Notes under the pieces: model-generated | What the model saw: the letters and a program-made list of their open reading frames with translations, nothing else | Databases searched by the model: none | What the model was told of the DNA's origin: nothing | Part shown: positions 57,625 through 64,000 of the stretch, piece by piece | Layout of the letters: the number at the start of each line of letters is the position of its first letter | Numbering within the stretch: the stretch's first letter is position 1 | Origin: the human T2T-CHM13v2.0 reference genome, Homo sapiens | Assembly: GCF_009914755.1 (NCBI RefSeq) | Contig: NC_060926.1 | Reading direction: 5' to 3' (one strand) | DNA: 64,000 nucleotides | Translations under genes and position numbers: made by a program

Positions 57625-58029
57625 TGATATAGTTTGAATATATGTCCCTGCCAAATCTCATGTTGAATTGTAATCCCCAGTGTTGCAGGTAGGGCCTGGT
57701 GGGAGGTGTCTGGGTCATAGGGGTGGATTCCTCATGGTTTGGTTCTGCCCTTGCCATAGCAAACAAGTTCTCATGAGATCTGGTCATTTAAAAGTGTGTG
57801 GTAACTCCCCACTCCAGTCTCTCCTGCTCCTGCTCCTGCCACGTGAGACACCTGTTCCCTCTTCACTTTCCATCATGTCTGTAAGCTTCCTGAGGCCTCC
57901 CCAGAAGCAGATGCAAGCATTATGCTTACTGTACAGCTTGCAGCATCATAAGCCAATTAAACCTCTTTTTTAAATAAATTATCCAGTCTCAGGTATCTCT
58001 TTATAGCGATACAAGAATGACCTGTCACA
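57625..58029 (+). mobile_element. MST-type solo LTR
   Basis: tgatatagtttgaatatatgtccc...ca; TSD gacat/gatgt, [14 protein letters not shown] CpG decay of gacgt. Confidence 0.9.
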
Positions 58030-58399
58030 GATGTACAGTTTGCAAATTTTTTATCCCATTATGTGGGCTCTTTATTCACTGCCTCCTTTGTGCAGAAGCT
58101 TTTTAGTTTGATGTAATCCCATTTGTCAATTTTTATTTTTGTTGCCTGTGTTTTTGAGGTCTTATCCAAAAAATCCTTGTCCAGATCAATGTCATAAAGC
58201 ATTTGCCCTATATTTTCTTCTAGCAGTTTCACAGTTTTGGGTGTTACATTTAAATCTTTAATCCGCTTTGAGGTGATTTTTATATGGTGAGAGACAGGGG
58301 TCTAGTTTGATTTTTCTGTATGTGGATATCCAATTTTTCTGGCACCATTTATTAAAGAGACTATCCCTTTCCCAATGTATGCTCTTGGTGCCTTTGTCA

Positions 58400-58700
<301 letters not shown>

Positions 58701-58806
58701 GTTATTGTAGAAGTGTGGATTTATTTCTAGGTTATCTATGCCATTCCATTGGTCTATGTGTTTGTTTTTATGCCAGTACCATGATGTTTAGGTTACTATA
58801 GCTTTG

Positions 58807-58807
<1 letters not shown>

Positions 58808-58853
<46 letters not shown>

Positions 58854-59014
58854 CTTAAATATATATACATATATATACTTAAATATATATACATATATAC
58901 TTAAATATATACATATATACTTATATACATATATATACTTAAATATATACATATATATACTTAAATATATATACATATATATACTTAAATATATATACAT
59001 ATATATATATATAT
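58808..59014. repeat. (TG)n plus TA-rich minisatellite in the poly(A)-tail position of the E2F3 retrocopy
   Basis: Direct inspection; lies between the retrocopy 3' end and its TSD. Confidence 0.92.
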
Positions 59015-59034
59015 GCTTAAGTGTTTAAAATCAT

Positions 59035-59040
59035 TTTATT
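59035..59040 (-). terminator. AATAAA polyadenylation signal of the E2F3 retrocopy, sense to DNAH7
   Basis: tttatt on the plus strand, ~20 nt from the retrocopy 3' end. Confidence 0.75.
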
Positions 59041-62000
59041 GATACTTTACCATACGACATTTTTTCAAATTACACCCATTTGAGGTGATTAGATCACAGC
59101 TAGGGAACAGGTCACCCTGTAACAAATCTATTTACAAAATTCATCATAAAAGCTTTTTTCTGGCTGTTTTTTACATTACATTACATATTTTCTTTTTTAA
59201 GCTAGCATACAACACAAAGCTAAACTGACTCATAGTTTGCCTACTCCCAATTTTGGGAGAAATATTTCCTTTCTACCAAATCATGTACCCTGTAGGAAAA
59301 TAAATTCCCACATGCTGACAATTGCCACCCAACTTTCTCTGCAAGGAATCTTCCTTCAAATCCCTCCTTCTCATACAGATAAGTTGTCATGCACACAGTG
59401 AATTCTTACTTTCTTTTTCCTGAAAGCTTAAGCTTTAAATACTGCAATTTTATTTACAGATCTATACATAAACAAAAGTGAAAACAAGAACCACAACAAA
59501 AATAAAACAAAACAAAATAACACTTTTAAAAAATTACAAAACAGCTAGAAAATATTCTGGCAGTGTTTACAAATTAGTTGCTATTTTTGTACAAAATTGC
59601 TAAATAATAAAAATGTGAGCAAACTACATATCAACTTCAATAAAACAACTGCTATGCAGAACCCTGTACATATAAACACACACCTAACACTGTCATGCTA
59701 ATGTGTTGCCCTTTATTCATTTTATTTTCTAAGGCTCATGCAGTCATAATTCGCACACTTGTAACTTTCAGCCATACAATATGTGAGCTTTAATAGCAGC
59801 AACCAATGGTACCAGGAAACCTGCATACTTAGAACTTAAAGTAATGCAAAAACTGGTACTTACTAACTCACTTTGTGGGCTCAGATACTAAGTCAAAAAG
59901 AAAATGACGATGCAAGAATACAGTATGGACATCTAATTAATGTACATCAGTTAAGCCCAGCAACCGGAAAAATCTTACGCATGAAGAAACTTTTAAGATT
60001 TACTAGGATTCCTTTAGTTTTTAAAACAATAAATACAGCATTACCTTACAAAAAGTTTCAACAAAACACACAACAACCTAGCCAGGTGAGTTGTCTTTAG
60101 ATGTTGCAAAAAATCAGCTTTGTGCAGCTGGCAAAGATAATTACACAAAGCTGAAAGTAGAGGCAGCTAACCAGATGAGATAGATATGGGAAACAGGGAA
60201 AAGCTTGGCATAAATGGTTTCCCATACAGGAAAAAAAACCTCAGTGCATTTCTAGTAGACAACACAAAGCTCCCTCTCCCTCCTCCACCCCAATGCTTCC
60301 TCTCGGACCACACTGATGTTTTGTACTAAGTCTAGTGTGTGTGAAGGGAGGAGACCACAGGTGGAAGCTGAAGAAGAAAAAGGCAGATAGTCTTCACCTT
60401 TGTTTTTTTCCCAAACTTACACCCATGCACACCCACACAAAGAGTTTAAAGCACTAGTGTCATCTGTCTTGACCCCACAACCACTTTGCATATTGTAGAA
60501 ATCTTCCTGCAGTAAACTGGCTGGGGCTTTTGTGTTTTTTTGTTTGTTTGTTTTTATTTCCTAAGGGATATTTTCAATTCAATTAAACATGTATGAGTTG
60601 AGTGCCTACTGTGTGCCTGCCACTGGGTCAGGCACATAGCATTTCAATTTAACTGTTCATTTTGAGGTTTGTTCTTTATCTGACTCCCTCATTCCCACAG
60701 TCCTTAGTATCCAAAAAATGGATTGAAGGTACTATGCCATATTCCCAGTGGGAGATGGCCATTGCCTCCTGCCAATGGGAAAGCTATTCTTCAACGTAAC
60801 TGGTAGGATTTGCAGCTGACACAAACCCTCCAACTTGGGACGCCATTCCTGAAGAGTAAAGCGGGAAATGCCCTGGCATTCTTCTGCTCCATGTTCTACA
60901 TCCTGGCTTTCCTTGGTCCAACTCATTCCTTCATAGAGGAAGGGGAACAGGGTCTAGCCAGAATGATTCCAGCCTCTGACACAGTGGGAGCCCCCTGTTC
61001 CTGCCAGCTTAAGAAAATGCCACTCACACAATGGGAATGTCTTTCTCCCTAGAGGCCTCTCCACCTGACCCCATCCTGAGAAGTGGTCTCCGAGTGCAGC
61101 GTTAACAGTCCTTTCCCAGTAACAGAGGTGTGGGAAGCACAAGGATTAAGGGATCCATGCCTGCTGCTCCTTGGGACTGTTACATCATTTGACCTGGTTC
61201 TCCTTTCCAATGGGTCACTCCTGTCAGCAAGCCCCAGGACTGACTTGCTCCAAGCTGGGAGTGGAAGCAAGATGGGACAATGCTTCTTGCAGAGCCTGAT
61301 AAACCTCAGATCACACAGGTTTAGATGTTCTAATCAGGAGAGGTTCTGTCCCTCTGCTTATGTAATGTGAATTTGTAAAATTTCCTTCAAAGTAAGCAAT
61401 TAAATTGAAATGGTGATGAATGTCACAGGAATACATAAATGGCAGCTAAAAAAAATACAAAAAGTCTAAAATAATCCACAAAGAACTAAGTAGGCATTTA
61501 CTACAAATCAACTGGAAAGTCACAAACATGTGGGGGATAGGGGAGTGGGCACAGTTTATGGAGATAGAAAAATCCACAACAGCTTAGAGTGGCAGAACTC
61601 TACTAGTCTTCTGTAACTGCAACAAGTATATTTGAAAACAGGTTCTTCATCCTAAAGGCTATGGAGCTTTTAAGGGTTTTGAGGAAGTTTTGTGTCCCCT
61701 CCTTCTGGGACACAGAGTCCAGAGCTTAAATTGAATTTAAATATTTCTAAGAAGAACTGAAGTCCATTTCATACTTTTGCATGACTTCAAGTTTGCATTT
61801 GCGGCAGTTCCATTCCATATTAGCATACCCCAAAGGCATACATTCTGTGGAGAAGGCAGAGATTGAAATGCTATTAAGGAAGATCATTGTTTACCAGTGG
61901 GTCAGGTGGCCAGACCCCATTCTACAGCCCATCTGTCAGCCACAGCAAGCCAATCCGGGAAGAAGGAACGGAGGAAGAAAAAGTTAGAGTGAGAAACACC

Positions 62001-62945
62001 TGATTGCATATTTTTTCATTTCCTGACTTATCCAGGAGATCATGGAGCCTGGAGAAAAGCAGGGTTTTCCCAAGGGAGCCTGCAACTGTGCATTTAGACA
62101 AGTTGTTTATTTTTTTAAATTCATTAAAATGTCAGCTTTCTTCTGAAGTCTGTAGTTTACTTCATGATAATTTCTTGGAGGAAGAAAGTAGGAAGGGACC
62201 ACACTGCATGACAGATGTTCTGGTCCCATGATAAAAAATTATTGATTTGTAAGGAGAATGCACATGAAGCATAATCAACCATACCTGAAGTCTTCCACCA
62301 GTGGAAGCTTTTCCAAATCATCAGCATCAAAGATATCACTGATGCCTTCCTCCTCCCCAAGGCTCAGGAGACAGTCCTCTTGCAGCAGGGGAGGCAGTAA
62401 GTTTACAAATGGTCCTTCTAGGTTAGAAGGAATTTGGTCCTCAGTCTGCTGTAAAAAGTTGGCTGGGGAGGCCAAGGGAGAAAGGTTTGCCATAGAAATT
62501 GACCAATCACCATGTCCTGTGTTGGTTGAATCCAAGTCGTTGGAATTGGGTTTAGAGATATTCCCATTGTGGTCTTGGTTGTTTGTTTTCACTGGATTGT
62601 GTGTTTCCATCTCTTCCGGACAGGAGTAAACCTCAATTGGTCCTTGGGTACTTGCCAAATGTATCTGTAGGCTCTCTATTGAGTAAAGTGCTTCAAGTCT
62701 TGTTTCTGGAGGGGCTTTCACAACTTATAACCATTTGGTCTTTAAGACCACTAAGTTTTCAAATATCTTGATACGTAACATAAGCTAACCTTTGATTCTC
62801 TGAATCTGCGGTTAATAGTTTGAGGTCCAGGGTATAGCTTTGGATCAGTTCATCTAATTTTTTCTCTTCCTGACTGAGCTTGGTTGCTTCTTTTGACAGG
62901 CCTTGACATTGGGCCAGCATGTCCTCATCCTCAGACAGACTGTAG

Positions 62946-63254
<309 letters not shown>

Positions 63255-63821
63255 TATTTTTAGACTTCTTAATGAGGGAGATGCTTTGAATGTTGGTGAT
63301 ATCATAAGTCCTTCTCTTTTGTACTTTTAGCAGTTTTTCTGCCTTGTTCAAATCCAAGACCCCATGGAGAGACTGGCTCAGGAGCTGAATGAACTTCTTG
63401 GTGAGCACACCAAGGGATGTATCATATGGCGTTTTTCTGAGGGAGATTTTTGGAGTTTTAGGACTATCTGGACTTCATAGAGCAGCTCTTCTTTTGCCCT
63501 CAGGGGTTTTGAAACCATCTGAGAGGTACTGTGAGCGCCTTTCCTAGCTCTAGGCTTCACTTTGCCTGCTGCTGTAAGGGCATTTCCGAAACCAACCTGG
63601 CTCAGCAGGGGAAGATGGGAGGCCAGCTAGAGAGGGGACCCGGAGGGCCAAACAGACCAGTGGTGTGGGGGTGAAGGCGGGCACCAGTGGGGGACTAGGG
63701 AGAGAAGATAAAGGGTGGTGGTGCTGGGCAGATGCGAGGGCGCTGGGACTGTCCCAGGCCAGGAAGCCTGTGTGCAAGAGGAAGTGGTTCCCTAACTCTC
63801 CAGCAACCCCTGCTGCCTCCT

Positions 63822-64000
63822 GCTTTGTAGTCTATTTCCAAGTAAGGTAATGTGATGCCTCCAACTTTGTTCTTTTTGCTCAAGATTGCTTTGGCTATTC
63901 AGGGTCTTTTGTGATTTCATATGAATTTTAAGATTCTTTTTTCTGCTTCTGGGAAGAATGTCATTGGTATTTTGATAGAGATTGCATTAAATCTGGAGAT
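63822..64000 (-). mobile_element. Continuation of the L1MA ORF2 split by the E2F3 retrocopy
   Basis: SKKNKVGGITLPYLEIDYKA; joins 58807 through the TSD. Confidence 0.88.

Noticed and set aside
58788-59028. YI-repeat ORFs and regularly spaced cttaaat motifs resembling an array
   Set aside because: TA-rich minisatellite with no unique spacers; not CRISPR
60732-62231. Several 60-95 aa ORFs in non-repetitive sequence
   Set aside because: They lie within the E2F3-derived 3'UTR; chance ORFs

Overview
Primate (very probably human) genomic DNA lying entirely inside the axonemal dynein heavy chain gene DNAH7, which runs on the minus strand. Nine GT-AG exons splice into one open frame of 2118 nt (706 codons) from the N-terminal tail/linker region. 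The introns are mostly retroelements: near-full-length L1PA7-like and L1MA2/3-like elements, truncated L1s, about 13 Alus, MaLR LTRs, a Tigger2-type DNA transposon and L2/MIR relics. A full-length processed pseudogene of the E2F3b isoform (probably E2F3P2) is nested in an old L1, in the same orientation as DNAH7. I found no new gene or prokaryote-type system. The most unusual signals are: (1) two separate pairs of inverted L1s from different subfamilies that share apparently private substitutions, suggesting gene conversion; (2) an L1 whose target-site duplication (TSD) encloses a half-Alu; (3) a solo poly(A) insertion and a ~21-nt micro-insertion, each with a TSD; (4) the sense E2F3b retrocopy with an intact poly(A) signal and miR-34/449 and miR-15/16 seed matches. 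Subfamily names, consensus states and residue numbering are from memory, not from a search.
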